In this document: piece by piece, positions 50,046 through 63,540 of the stretch | How positions within the stretch are numbered: position 1 is the first letter of the stretch | Layout: each line of letters opens with the position of its first letter | Origin: Raillietiella orientalis | Lineage: Eukaryota | Assembly: GCA_036172245.1 (NCBI GenBank) | Contig: JAYWIR010000037.1 | Location: 1,116,001 to 1,180,000, forward strand | Length of the DNA stretch: 64,000 bases | Direction of reading: 5' to 3' | Position numbers and translations under genes: made by a program | Notes under the pieces: model-generated | What the model saw: only the letters and a program-made list of their open reading frames with translations | Database searches by the model: none | Told to the model about the DNA's origin: nothing

Positions 50046-52359
50046 GTGGAGTCCATGGCAGACTTCAAAGTACAGCACAACATCCTCAAACCTTCACGGT
50101 CGTCCGAAGCGCATGATGAACCCATTGTGATCAACTGATGGATGAGTTTCATCTCATTCCAACGCTAACGGGACAACACAGATGTTTATTTATTGTTTTC
50201 GGATCTGGTGCGCTGCTTTCCTCCGTTTCCATTGACTTTCCTCAATGGATTCCCCGGATGCGGCCAGAAACCTGTTGTGCGAACCAAGCTCTGTCATGAC
50301 TACGGATTCCCATCTCAATGACGTGTGTCGTCGTCGTGTGCACACGTGCGTCTCGAGGCGGTCAGTGTGCTGATGGGTCCTTACAGACCGTTCCACCGTG
50401 CCTGCTTTGGAGGAAAGCTTCCGAGCTTGGACACGTTGTACAAATGAGCAACACTGCTGGGGGCGTGTTCGGCGGGATTGATCGGACAGGATGCAAAAAG
50501 CCACATCCAAAATAAGGGGTATTTTTTTTTTTTTTTTTTTTTTATTCCAGCCTGGAAGATATATAATGGATTCTTCTTGGAAGTCATTAGGAAAAGTGAT
50601 GAAAAATGTCCCTATGAAGACATGCTTTCGATTTCTAAATGCTGTGTTCAAAAGGGTTCAGGCCCTTTGCTTTCCGCTGGTTCTTAACCGAACAGCCATC
50701 CCTTTTCGCTGAATAGAAAACGACTACTTCGAGAAGAGATTGTCCGATGGACTGGGAAACCGGGTGATAACGTAAAGTCTCTCGGAAACATGGTATTGGG
50801 TGTTTCTCTCGCGTGGTGCACGGAAGACGAGGTATGCATGAAGAGGAGCTAAAATGACGAAGGCGGAGATGATGGGATCAGCACGTGAAGTTCACGTGGT
50901 GGCTCCTCCAGGACAATCCTTACCTGCCACCATCACGGGAATCTATTTCCTGCACTGGCTGACAGGGGCACGAATTCCAGCCGAAGGAATCCTTGCTTTC
51001 TGCACGAAACCATGGCCACCTTTACGTTCTCCTCGCTATCAAAGTTTTCTGAGCGTGCCACTTCATGAATAGCTGAAATAGGCACGTGATGTGGACTGCG
51101 TGGCGGTTGAGGCAAAAATGGCTGCATCAGCTCTGATGCTGATACTTGACCGATACGTGAATGAGTTTTTCAGTGCAGCTCCAAGAAATTGGTTTTGAAA
51201 ACAGATATTTCTTGAGAAACGTCAGTTATCTTTGGGTGGATCATCGTTTACGAGAGGAATAAAGGTTCAGACTAAAATATGAGCACCCAGCTTTTTAAAA
51301 AAAAACTGCGTATTTCTCGGAAAGACCTTCATATATTTTGAGCATTCACTTGGTTAAGGGATGACGTTCTGGCCATAAAAAAGATACAAATACCGATGTT
51401 TTAAAAAACACACACATGCAAGGCAGACCGGGAGGAATTTAAGGCAAATTTCGCCATTGAGATAAGTCGCAGACCTGTTGGTGGTGTTTTTTGATGATAT
51501 TTTTAAGGTCCGCATGGTGCAAGAGAGCTTTGTTTCTGCAGCCAATCGCTTTGTTGGAACAAGGCTGGTGATAAATTCTGAAGCTGCATTTACGGCGACT
51601 GATTACAGGGATTGATAGCTGAGTTCACAGTCTATGAGGTTCGTTCGACACCATTTTACCAGAGGCAGCAGCGGGAACCCATGGTGTCTCCCGTGTCTTG
51701 TGCCGGTTCCGCTGTAGTGGCTTCTCGTTTACGAGCCCGACGGTTCGAACATGCCTTCGCAACATATGGCTGAGGAATATTATTATTAGTTACTAACGCT
51801 TGATAATAAAGACTACAATCCCGAAAGTCGTGACCAGGCTTCTCACCTTCGGGCGACGTGGCTCACTCCTTCGTTTGGATGCTCTCTTACCAGCGGAGAC
51901 ATCCTCGCATTCACAATTTTTGCCTTTTCTTCCTGCAATCCCTGCCTGCCTCGAATGCCTGACTCTACAAACCAATCCACTTGTTTTTTCTTTTTTGGAA
52001 TACCTTCCAAAGCCTTAGACAATTTTCCTCGATCTCATGGCGACCGTCAGCGTGCTGCATTCAGGCTTTCTCTGAACCTTGCATTCTCATCGAGACACTT
52101 CATATTTTGTCCAGCTTCAACTTTTGTGCCGATGACCTTCAGCTCTGAGACAGATTTCTTTGATTTAATAATCCCCTCCTTAAAAAGAGAATCGTCTTAT
52201 TCAACACTTGAAAAGAATCAACACTAACAAAACCATCACCATGCTGCTAGGTAATAAAGCGTTTCTAAGTGAATCCCCCAGCATCCCATCATAAAATTCG
52301 ATACGTATCCGCCGCATCCCATAGCGAGTTCTTCAAGTCCGGTCGCTCTCCTGGAGATC

Positions 52360-52770
52360 TACGTGATCTTTCCGAACGCTGTTCACATGGCTTCTGCTTT
52401 TCCCCATTTCTTCCGGTGTCCAGAAAGACCAGCGCGCACCCCCACTAAACTTTGCAAGAGTTTTCTCTGTAGTGCATCTGCGGTGGCGTGCCCGCCCTCG
52501 GAAAGCCTTTGGTCTCGCGAAAAGAGGTTCGTAAGTGAATCGTTGCGATGCTTTGAAACCCTATTCTCTCCTGGTGTCGCTTTCCCAACGTAACCGGAGC
52601 ACAACGCCAGGACCATCGAAGGAAAGCTCAAAAAATGCATCACCGCGATTTCACCTTCAAAAGCAGTCCAAGAATTTTGAGAACGCTCGTTTTGGGCTCG
52701 GGTGTCTGAGGGTTTCTCTCGAGCATTCCCATTTCGAGATTCTTCGCAACCTCACATTCCAGTGCACAAC
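52360..52770 (+). mobile_element. Possible eroded LINE RT fragment
   Basis: IFPNAVHMASAFPHFFR (IFN.S...G.FP..WK); RNRSTT; HSHFEILRNL. Confidence 0.4.
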
Positions 52771-53929
52771 TGGGACGAGACCCAACTCGACCGGCTCGGT
52801 CATGATTCTTCACGAAACCCTGCCTGGAGACCGCAGTGCATCAAATTTCTCCCTTCAACAGCTGAAACATCTTGCTCCATGTGGAGATGCTTATTTAACT
52901 GTGCCTAAATGACTATTTAACGGAACATTTCGCGTCTAATGAAACGCGCCGTGCAGTTCGCGTTACACCGGATGGGGTGGGGAATAGGCCCGCAGTCATG
53001 AACCTTCGATGTCATCCGTCAAGATACTTACGAATGACACGCGTTCGTCCTGCGTCTCTCTTCGACAAGCACACGCAAAGTTGTTGGCTGCGCATCCGCG
53101 CGCGTTGGTGGCGTCTAATGGACTTTAGCCGGAGAAGGTTTGTCGTAATGGAAAATCAACACAGGAATTAATCCCTGTTATGCAAGTTTTATGGTTGCAG
53201 CAAATGGGTGGCTTGCGCGCGTCTCTGGTCTCCCGAGACGTTCTCAGTAGGAAGCTTACAGCTACACTTCCAAGCGGTAGCCTTTCATGTCTTCTTTCTG
53301 TAATTCTTGAATACATTTTTCATAAAATAATGAAATCTGTGAAGCAGAAACCATCATTGAAGACTCTCTCCCTCCCCCCCTCCCCAAAAAAAAAAAAAAA
53401 AAAAAATTATTATTATGCCCCAAAGGATTTATCAAACACACACACACGCACACACGCAGAGAGAGAGAGAGAGAGAGAGACAAAAAACACAACAGTGGTT
53501 ATGTACACGTGGTACTTCAGAGAAAGAAAGAAACGCCGCTTGCGTACTTTGCAAGGGACCGGGATCTGAAATCTCAAAAACAAACATTTCTTCAGAAACA
53601 ATCCCAAATCCTTGCCGATAGTTGCAAAAGTGTGGGGCCCCGCACATCGAAAATGATGCTGACAAGATCAGAATTTTCAGTTTTCGAAAGCCGGGAAACG
53701 AAGAAATAAAGGCGAGCCTAAAGCTGCTTTGATGAGTCTGTTGCCACCAATCTCTTCCTTGGTAGGGAAGATACTCAGTAAGATTCCTAACTTTGTCGAA
53801 GATCGTCTGTTTCCGTAGTGTTCAGGTGCTCAACCAGGTAGTTCGTGCTCGGAAAGATGTTTAAGCCTTTTCTTTCCACGCCGCATCGAATGCCACCGGA
53901 CAAAGGTTCTCTGTTGTCGAACGGTCATC

Positions 53930-54170
53930 TCGTTCTGCACACTAAGATGGAACCGCAAGTCCTCCGACAGGCAAACAGATGCCGTGCTGTGTTGTTGCAT
54001 CCACCAAGTTTCTGATCCACACAATCACCAGTAGAGCTGGAGAGAATTTCTGGAATTTGTCCGGCGAGGAATTTAGGATCTGCCTTATGATGAAGCCTCT
54101 CGCAGAAGAGGCGATGTTTCCAGCACATCATCTTCCAGTGGAACGCAGACTTTAAATCCAACCTGGTTCT
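53930..54170 (-). mobile_element. Possible eroded RT fragment (gypsy-like motif A)
   Basis: RLDLKSAFHW resembles LDL.SAYHQ; little further support. Confidence 0.35.
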
Positions 54171-56579
54171 CTTGGATGTCTGAGCTACTCAAGAGTTCCA
54201 TTCTCAAACGATACGCTTCTAGTGACATCCAAGAACCTTCGAAGGAGTTTTCATTGCATACATCTTTCATTTTCGCTGCTTTCATTATCCCATGCCATTT
54301 CGACTTTTTTTCAGATGCGAACGAATTTTGTGTGACTCCAGGGGTTGTTGCATCTGGAAACATGCAGTATGAGTGCCCATTGTCTTTGGGCGCAGCTTAT
54401 TGCCTTCTTAAGCACTCATCCTCCTTGCCTATTCATGGCTTGTCTGGACACAGCATACTTCTCTGACTTTCTGGGACACAGAACACAGAACATTTGCGAT
54501 CGCCTTCATCTAATGGTGAGCAATCGTTTTCCTAGCAGTGTGATTTTGCTTCACGACCAAAGCAATGAGCAACGAGCCAGCTGAGATTCGCTTCTCAGAA
54601 TCTGCAGTCGCACCCAAAAAACACTTTTGTTTTTGGTTTCCTGAGGTATTACCAAGACATATTCTCCTGAATCATCGTCTCCTGGTGCTGAGGTTCTCTT
54701 GAGGAAGTCGCAGAGTAAGCAGCTACTTCTTCTCCCTTGTTTAGGATTCCTCATTTTCTTCCTGCCTGCTGGACCGTTTGCGTGAGCGGAAAAGCGGTCT
54801 AGAAAGAAAAACAAGCACTTGTTTCTCACTGTTTGCTTCTCATTGGATTTTCCGATATGCATCGGATCTGTTTCTCAAAATTTTTGGATTTGAAGATCCT
54901 TGAAACCTTCTTCGCACATGCAGCTGTTCATCATTGCTTCCGATGCCATTCCTGCATCTCCTGCCCTACACATGATTGCTCTTCATTCAGAGCATAGTTC
55001 AGGAGAGTTAGCAAACAGAAATGACCAATGATGAGTGGACGTCAGAATGTTAGCCTGTACCACATATATTGCATGCCATAGAAGCACGCAAAAGTTTACT
55101 CATGGCTGTCAAACTACCTTAATTGTAAATTTATGATATTCTTGAATGAAGAGGGACACATTGCTATGAGAACAACAGCATCCTGCAAGCGCATCATTTT
55201 TAGAATTAAGCATTCTGATCTATGCTATTAAACGACATTGGCTAACCCATAAGCGATGGAATAGATTTCGCTGAGTAGCAAACGTGTGTCGAAAGACGGT
55301 GGAAGGAACAGGAGCGATTTGATTGCACTATGATTGCCGGAGTTGCAGTTTAGTGATCATAGTGTTTTCGTGAAAGTGGGAACACTATGCCGCTGCAGCA
55401 AAAGGAGGGTAAAATGTCCCAGCAGTTGCTACTGCTGCTCATATGTTTGGTTGCATCTGTATACGTAAACAACGAAAACGTAGGAGGAGAATAATTCTGC
55501 CTGTAGGATTCTGTGCTAAAGTACCTTTTTGCGATGGGTACTTTTCTACAGCCGAGATAAGGCTCATGCTGGGTAGAAGGGGTACTTGCCTAGTTTTCTC
55601 GTTCGATCTAAGCTACAACAGCAAAAGCTAACGGTTTGGCTACTTGGCTGTAATCATGAAGGAGGTCAGTGGCATTCCTCTTTGTGCTGCTTTACGTTTT
55701 TCCCAAGATGCCAAGGGTGCTTCCATTATTAGTTTGTGGATGACTATAATGCTGCATCCTTGAGGAGAAAACGTATATTGCGACATTGTTTCATCCGCCT
55801 TATCATGTAATCATTTTCTGGATATCGAATCACAAATATCCCTGAAGCCACTGGTGGTTAATGGATATCTACATAATTTGTACCCAACTACTATTTCACG
55901 GTACTACTGACCCGAGATGACTGAGATCATGGCCTGACTTCTGTTTGCTTCAGTGCGCAAATTTCCACCGCGCCCACAAGACCATAGCAACTGCTACCCA
56001 GGATGTAAAACAAAAGGCATCACTATGTATAGTGTGCAATCGTTCATACATTGGGATTTCAGGATGGAAATTTAAAAAAAAAAAAATCCAATTCCAGAAA
56101 TGTATTTACTAGAAATGGATCGAACTTGAGGTATAATAATCGATAATTACAGGGTGGGAACGCATGAGTTTATGTTTGAATGCTCCTAGGATTTCCGGAT
56201 TTTACAAAAACATCCAGAATCTCTAGAATGGAAAATAAGCAGATCCTGAAGAAGGGACAAGAGTTTCCTTGTAATCAATATTGAGACGTCTAGGGTTTCA
56301 TTATGCTACTCTGTTCCATCTCTGCTATCAAGCAACCCGATTAGCAAAGGACTCACTGGTGCAAGCCGTTTGCAAACAGAATTTCCTTTGGAATGAAGTG
56401 AGTCGATCAGAAATACACCAGGATGATGTTTTTCGCTTCTGAAAACTCATTGATGATTCATGTAAATGAAACTATGTACATCTTCTCTTCTAAGCTTGCT
56501 GGGCAACCATTTTCCGATTTGCCATCTTGAATGATTAGACAAGCAAGCAACTTATCGCAGTGTCACGAATGCTAGTTTG

Positions 56580-56790
56580 GATGCAATCTTTCAGTTTCCG
56601 ATATCTTTAGGTACCTCCCTTTCTCTCGTGCCTTCAACTTTGGTCCATGATGCCCTCCTTGTGCTCTTAGAAGCCTTCTTGAAGCTCAGGTTCACACCAT
56701 GGCACGTGGGCAAGATTCGTGTTGCTGGATTCTTTCCAGTGCGTCCGTTCACAGGTGTTCAGCTCTCCTTGCATTTCAGCTGGAATATCG
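56580..56790 (+). mobile_element. Possible eroded LINE RT fragment
   Basis: FPISLGTSLSLVPSTLVHDAL (F....G..QG..LSP.LF.LV.D.L). Confidence 0.35.
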
Positions 56791-57365
56791 GATTTCTGAG
56801 TCTTTCATGTTCAAAGAGCTGAGTGTTCTAATTCACCTCGCCTAAACTCTTGAGGTTCTTGTCGGGAAGCAGCAGACGTGGAGGAAGGTGTCTCAATGCA
56901 CACTTGATATCAACAAGGGGCAGAAGGGAAATTTCGGAGTCTCCTCGTCGCAGTTTTACTGCTTACAGCTTTCGTCCTCCCGTTGCGGTGTGCCGTGTTG
57001 ATGTCCCGGTGAACCTCAAGAGTTCAGTGGTCAGTAAGCAGGATCGGATAATGCAGATGTTTGTCACTACTTCAGATTAGGGACTGGTGTTCTCTTCCCC
57101 CCTCCCCTTCCTGTTTGATGGTGAAGATCCCGTCATCAAAGAGGGTCTATCACTCACTGTGCATTCGACAAGTACTTCGGTGACCTGTTTCCTGGATTGA
57201 ATTTTTTTCCTACTACGACGAGAGCTAGCAGGACGTTGAGGTCGATTCGGAGGAACGCTCAGCTCCGTCCATTTCTCCACGTACAGGCAACCCTGTTTAT
57301 CTGCTGAGGATATCGCGCTGGGCTCCCTATCCAAGCACAGTGCATCCAATCACTTACTTAACAGA

Positions 57366-57610
57366 GTGGTGCCAGATGGCTTTCAAGGGATACTCCAATC
57401 CTTCCACTGTTCTTTACTCCAGCTGCGGGCAAATCATTTGAGACTGGACAGCCACAAGGTTCATTTTTTTTTATGGTCAGTGGCTGTCATCACACTTAGC
57501 GTTTTCCACGACCAGGGTGCACTTGAAATCTCACGTCGAATAGAGAAGACTCTTCGAAAATACCAAATCTTGTGGAAGTGGATCTTTGCAGACCTGTTTA
57601 GCCACCTTGT
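57366..57610 (+). mobile_element. Eroded RTE-like RT fragment
   Basis: DGFQGILQSF....NHLRLDSHKVHF (GLQ..L..L.....L.LN..KT); EISRRIEKT..YQIL (EI..RI.KA...F..L). Confidence 0.65.
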
Positions 57611-60549
57611 CGTGGACGAGTTAGCTACCGTTCCTCTCTGATTTCGTCTCTCCATAGACATGCCTCCAAAGTCACAAACATCAGATTATTAGGTGTGCCC
57701 AATTTTTTTGCGTGCTTTCGGTACAACCGCGCATCTTTCGTTTTCCCACCAAATCTCCATTTGGTTACAATGTCTTTCATCCTCCGTGCCAGTCACTATC
57801 AGTAAAATCAACAGTCGCTGAACTATCAAAATATCTTTAGTTTTATTCTTTCCCCTTTGGCAAATCAGCAGCTTAATATGCGATCTCGGACGAGCAGCAG
57901 ATTTCCTAAACCTCTTAATACAAAAGTGAACTCCCACTTCAAGGCAGTTCCCCTGCTTGTGATCGCTTTCCCATTCCTGGATTCCTGGTTTTACGAATGC
58001 TCGGAACATACTTTGGGGAGAGGATATTTTTGGTTTTCTTTCTTTCCGAGGTCTTCATCCTTAGAGGACAGGTGCAAAGTTCCCGGTATTTCTGTAGGAA
58101 ACTGGTGAATTTTAACCTTCCCTAGATCAGCCTCACTCCTTTGTCACTCCAGACAAGCTGTTTTGGGACAGAAGACCGTGAAAGCTGGCAAACATCTCGA
58201 AACTCGATGCACCACGCTCTGCGGCAGAGGTATCGTGGGTCCATTCTGGTTGGTCGGAAAAGAGAATTACCTAGAAGTGGTTTCTGAAGCTCATTTTCAT
58301 CAAAAAAAGGATTTCTGAGGTGTCACGACTCCCCATTTTTGTATTTTCTGAGTGCGCATAGTCTCCATTTTAGGCTGCTGAGTATTCCGTATTCTCGTGA
58401 GGATCATTGGACTTGCAAGTGAGATACTTGCAGGGTCCACCTACTACTTCTCCTGGCGCGTATCCTTTGATAGATCTTATCTGATTTTCAGTGGTCTCCG
58501 TACTTGTGAGAAAGTCGCATTGAAAGAAATGGAGAGAGAATTACGATGGAAACGAGATCATGGGGTAAACGAACGAGAATTTATGTGAAAAAAAGCGTTG
58601 GACGGAAAGATGTGTGCAAAACAGAAGAAAAAAAAAAAAATCATAATGGGTCAAGAATCGGTTGTGATTTGAGGAGAGAGGATCGTATTCGTAGAAGACA
58701 TTTGGTGTTGGCCAATAGCTGAATGAAAGATTCCAACCTTATAGCCAAGAGGCATTGACCATCGGGTCGACCAAGTAAAAGTGTTTCAGGGAAGAAGGAA
58801 GCTGGTGTAATCCACCAGACAATGTCATGGGTAGACCCAAAGACTTTGTCTCAACTTGCTGCTCCAGAACAGGAGCCGAGTCATCATGCTCGATGCTGCA
58901 TGCCCCGATGAGAATTCGGATGCAGCGCTGGAAGCGCTCTGCACTCATGATTTGAATAAGGACCGCCATTCTGTTTTAACAGGAAACTAGAAAAGAAAAA
59001 TAAGAGTTCATGAGATATTCGGTGTGCGACAATAACATAATATCCACGTTCCCTCAGGGCTGCTGATCTTGAGTTATGGCGATTCAAATGATTCTTGATC
59101 ACTCAATTATCGAGAGTGACCGATGCTGGGCAAACGTCTCTCTTCTTTGGAAGCAAACAGTGTGCTCGTGCTTTTCCACAACAGGATACGTGTGCAGTAG
59201 TGAAGGGGCAAAATCATTCATGACTTTTTCCCTTGTGAGCATATAATGTTAATGAGAAATCCTGGAAAGAGAGAGTACTCGTGAGTCTGCTGCAACCGCG
59301 ACTCGTATCCATGAAAAGGAAATGGAACAAAACGGATCAGATCTGCCAACTCGGCATTTCGGTAACATCCACGTAATGGATGCGCGATTCCCAGGCGACG
59401 AACCGTTTCCATGAACCACGGAGCTTGCCTTTGCAGCCTCCTCAGCAGCGCTGACCCCGAAGCTTCTCTAAAGCTGAAATGGAAAACATTTCAGACGGCA
59501 CGATTGCCTATCCACGTCCCCGTTGCCATGGACTTTTAACCTCCTGCATGTTGCCGTTTACACAGACACTTACTTGCAAACACACATACGTTTACATGCG
59601 TACTGTGGACATATATGTATGCTTGTGTTATAGATACGTGGTAAATAAGCAGATAGGAATGGAATGCGTTTCTCTGGGTAGACTTGCCATACTGATTTCT
59701 ACATAAACGGCTAAGAATTTCATCCAACTTGGTACGGTTCCGAGCACAGAAATTTGCAGCCGCGAGATCAAAGCCTGCGTGTTTTTTCCGATGCGAAGAT
59801 TCGCCAGTGAACCCAGAAGAGCTCGTGGCTAGGTCTGCTAGGTAGTCTAGTGGGGATTGTTGACACCCTACCTTTCCGGTTACCTACGGAGAGGAGATCA
59901 AAATAGCCGGTCCATCGTGCATGCAACAACAAACAAAGCGTGCAGGAGAGAAACAAAGCCGGCAGGGGACACGGTCCTAAAGGTTCTCCTCGGTCAGGAG
60001 ATTGCGAATTTATCAACAAGCTCGAATAATGATGAACAGAGGATACGCTGCCGAAACGGGCGAGAAACGACGTCTCCAGAGCACATGCTCACGTCTTCAA
60101 ATCTCAAGAACCTATCAGCAATGAGGATGGTGAGGAGGCGGGGGAGGGAGAGAGAAGCGGGTGATTAATTCTGAAGACTTGGATGCGTGTGGCTCACTCG
60201 CAGACTTTCAGAAGACAAAGCTCGTTGCGAACAAACCGGTCCTGTTCTGAAATGGAAGGATGACCCTTTGGCATCAGCTTCGATGTTTTAAGATGCTCAG
60301 AGATTCGATGCAGTCGCTACAAACACTTTAGAAGTCTTCCCAGCGCTGCACATGGAAGCCGCAAGGATGCAGATGACGTGCTCGTGGCAATACGAAGGTG
60401 ATGAAGATGAGAAAGCAGAATCCAGGGAAGCGCCAGTGCAGTGAGTAAAGGGAGCAGACTCGACCTCAGTGGTCGGCGACCAATAAAGCGATGCTGATAA
60501 AGCTGTAGAGGTCCTGCAGGGGCAGCTCCTCTGAGTGAAAGGTTTGCTC

Positions 60550-61270
60550 CGTGCGCCATGAATTTCGAGGGAAGGAGGGAACAGAAGCGCTTGCAACGCC
60601 GATGTGCGGAATGCTGGAAGACGACGGATTTTCTCTTTGAAAAATCTGCTGCGGGGATGCGGATCCAAAGCCATGTTTCCAGTCTAGTGGAGCCATCTGT
60701 CCTAGACGCTCGCAAATTTTCTGAAATCCTGAAAAAGATGCTGATAGGGAAATCGGTCATCTTTAAGCTCGGCAAGTAGCACAACAGCCAGTGGCTGCTC
60801 CACATTCCCCGGGTATCCACTTCTAATCATCCTGTCAACGCACGAGATCCTTCGAGCATCTGAACAGCAGATGTAACCGATGCAAACCATTGCAAAATCA
60901 GGGTTAACCTGGGTGGGAAGCCCTAAATTTTCCTAGGATCCTGTCACAGGGCATGGAAAAGCCATCAGACATGGGAAGGCACAACTCAACCTTACGGGAA
61001 ATGCTTCGAGATCACTGTCAGAAAACCCTGCATCCTCATCAGATTTTTCAAACCCCGCCTCGAAAGATCGGTGCACAGTGGATTGACATGTTTCAGAATA
61101 TAATCTAAGGTACTCGACCCCTGTCGTGGAGATAGGTTGTTTCATGATGCTGCGTTGCTGTGCAACTGCGCTCCGCTCTCGCTTTATTTTCAGTACCTGG
61201 AAAGATGAGCACGATAAGCAGCGATTTACAAATTGGCGGCGAACGGTCAAGCATCTGGACGAATCCAAGC
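60550..61270 (+). mobile_element. Eroded RTE-like RT fragment
   Basis: VLDARKFSEILKKMLI (V...KL..ILK...I); SGLTWVGSPKF (G....LSPKLF); LQIGGER. Confidence 0.5.
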
Positions 61271-63396
61271 GAGCTAGACTTGCGAAGGCGGCGGACCAAA
61301 GATCGCAATTGGAGAGTTCACGTTCTGACAGGCATGCGAGAAGAAAATTTACCTTCAGCGTGCTCACGCACACTAAAACTCGGGGAGTCATAGCATTCCT
61401 TCTTGGAGAAGCAGCAACACCAGCGAAAGGCCATGTCCTGCATGGAGTAGGATCGTGCGTGAGCCATTTCCATTAACCAGGAAACCCTTTAGGTTTCGGA
61501 AATTGATGCTTCGTAGATGCAGCTTAACTAAACCTACCGTCCGTGCTGGTGGCGGTTGCAAGAATCAGTACAGATCGGATGCTGTCGGAGGTGTTTAGTG
61601 AAGGTAGATCGCTGGCACATTTTAAATTGCCGAGTGAGGAACTCCAACTTAATAGCCAGGGAGCATGATCATCTGATGGACCACATAAAGGAAGTGACAG
61701 AGGAAAAAGGGGGTCAGGTGCTAACCAATCAGCCAATACCGCGGATTGGGCCACGGTGACATGTGGATTTGCCCTGACACGGTGATCCAGGACGAGAGCC
61801 GGGTCATCATGCACTCGATGCTGCTTGCCTTGGTGAGCACTCGGAGACAGAGCTGAAATACGAAGCATGATCAAAGAAAAGATAGCAACTCCCTCCTTTT
61901 TGCTGACAAATGCAGTCATCGCTGGTAATACAAAACCTGCGAGTCTGTGGTCCGAAGAACGATGAACTGCTCAGTGAGTTCGGAGCTCTTGAGAAGCAGA
62001 CAGAAAACCGAAAGCAGAGGGTGATGAACGCAAACGGACAGCACGGCCGAGACGCATACGAGACGCCTTATAGGCCACCTGCCAACGGACATCACGAACT
62101 CAGTATGGGTCCTACCATTCTTCAGAGAGAGGTCATTGGGAAACCACATCCAGTAGCATATAAGGGAATTCAATAGGCCAAGAAGTCATATACGTAGTGG
62201 CATGAATGCCTCGTGAAAGAGATATCTCAGCTTCTCTAAAAGCTCCATTTAGCCGAGATCGAGGAGGTGGTTCATCAATGCTGAAGAAAGACCGGAGGCA
62301 CTATCCTTACAAGTGGGCAGGGAAATTAGGATGCGTCTCTAACCTTCGTTCAGGGCACTCTGTACCTTGCACCATCGAGTTGACTTCAACTTTGTGTGCT
62401 GTTTCAGAAAGGAGTCAGCAAGAAAGAGCCGCTTAGAAGACACGCAGACCCTTCCCAGGCAAGTCGGCTGAAGGCGTTTGGTATGGTGACTGCAGCATTG
62501 TTGACACTGGAGGAACACGTCGGTCTCCACCCTCAGGACAAGAGTGCCGTGTGAGTCCATCCGAACCAAAGTGTACGTTTCAGTATACAGATCCCCGTAT
62601 TGTTGAATCGAAGAACATGCCTGCTTCACACTTTTTCATAAGGGGTCGAGACGAAGTCTTACGCAGGACCTCTCAGAAGGCATCTTCTGCAAGCGCGATG
62701 GAGGCCAAGGAATTCTTCGGAGGGGCCCTTGTTTTGTATCAGCCTTGGCTGCAGAACAAGATTCAGTTCCAGCTGCCCATCTAAGGGAAAGGTGCGCTTT
62801 TCTTGAGGAGAGATGACTTTACGACGATGAGCCATTTCTGGAACCTTCAGCAAAGACACGTCGTGTACAGTCGCCAGATGTCAGAGCCTGTAGAATCGCT
62901 CTCTATGCGGACACCTCAGCTAAAGAGGAGATGATTTGAAGAACAGTATTGTTCTCTAATGTTTGCAAGATTGTGGCACTTTCCAACCCAAAGATAGGTG
63001 TTGAAAGTTGAAGCCACTGGCTGTGCTTCGGAATCAAACGATGCCGGGTGCGTGATCCCATGGCATCCAGGAAAGGAAAGATTCTCCATTCTTAGAAAAT
63101 TCTGGTCACGTGCTTGGATTTCAATGATTCAAAATGGACTCGCCGCTTCTCAAACTTCCGAATCACTCTGACCCATGAACTATGAGTTTGGCTATTTCAA
63201 AGTTTCGGCTGCCAAATTAAGCGATGCTGACAAGCGACATTCAAAATAAAAAGTCCCACAGGATGACACACTACTAATTGAGGGATTTCTTTGAATCAGT
63301 GCTTCCGGAATGCAGTTTGCAGCTACACCCAGGAGTCTTGCGTGCTTGTCTTCTTAAGCAAATGAGGATTGGTAACTTACACCAACCGTATTCCAG

Positions 63397-63540
63397 CAGG
63401 AGGATTGATCGTTGCCACCCGGTCACGCCGGGGCGTTTATTATAAATTCTCTATAATTCGTGGTACGAGGCCCCACTACGGCCAACTCAACAGGACCTGC
63501 CGGGTTGCCGGTACGCAGACCTGCCAGGAGGATTGATCGT
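63397..63540. repeat. 16-bp direct repeats flanking a 112-bp segment
   Basis: CAGGAGGATTGATCGT at 63397-63412 and 63525-63540. Confidence 0.85.

Noticed and set aside
51705..51760. tRNA or SINE-like segment with GGTTCGAAC B-box
   Set aside because: No cloverleaf or acceptor stem, and no second copy seen.
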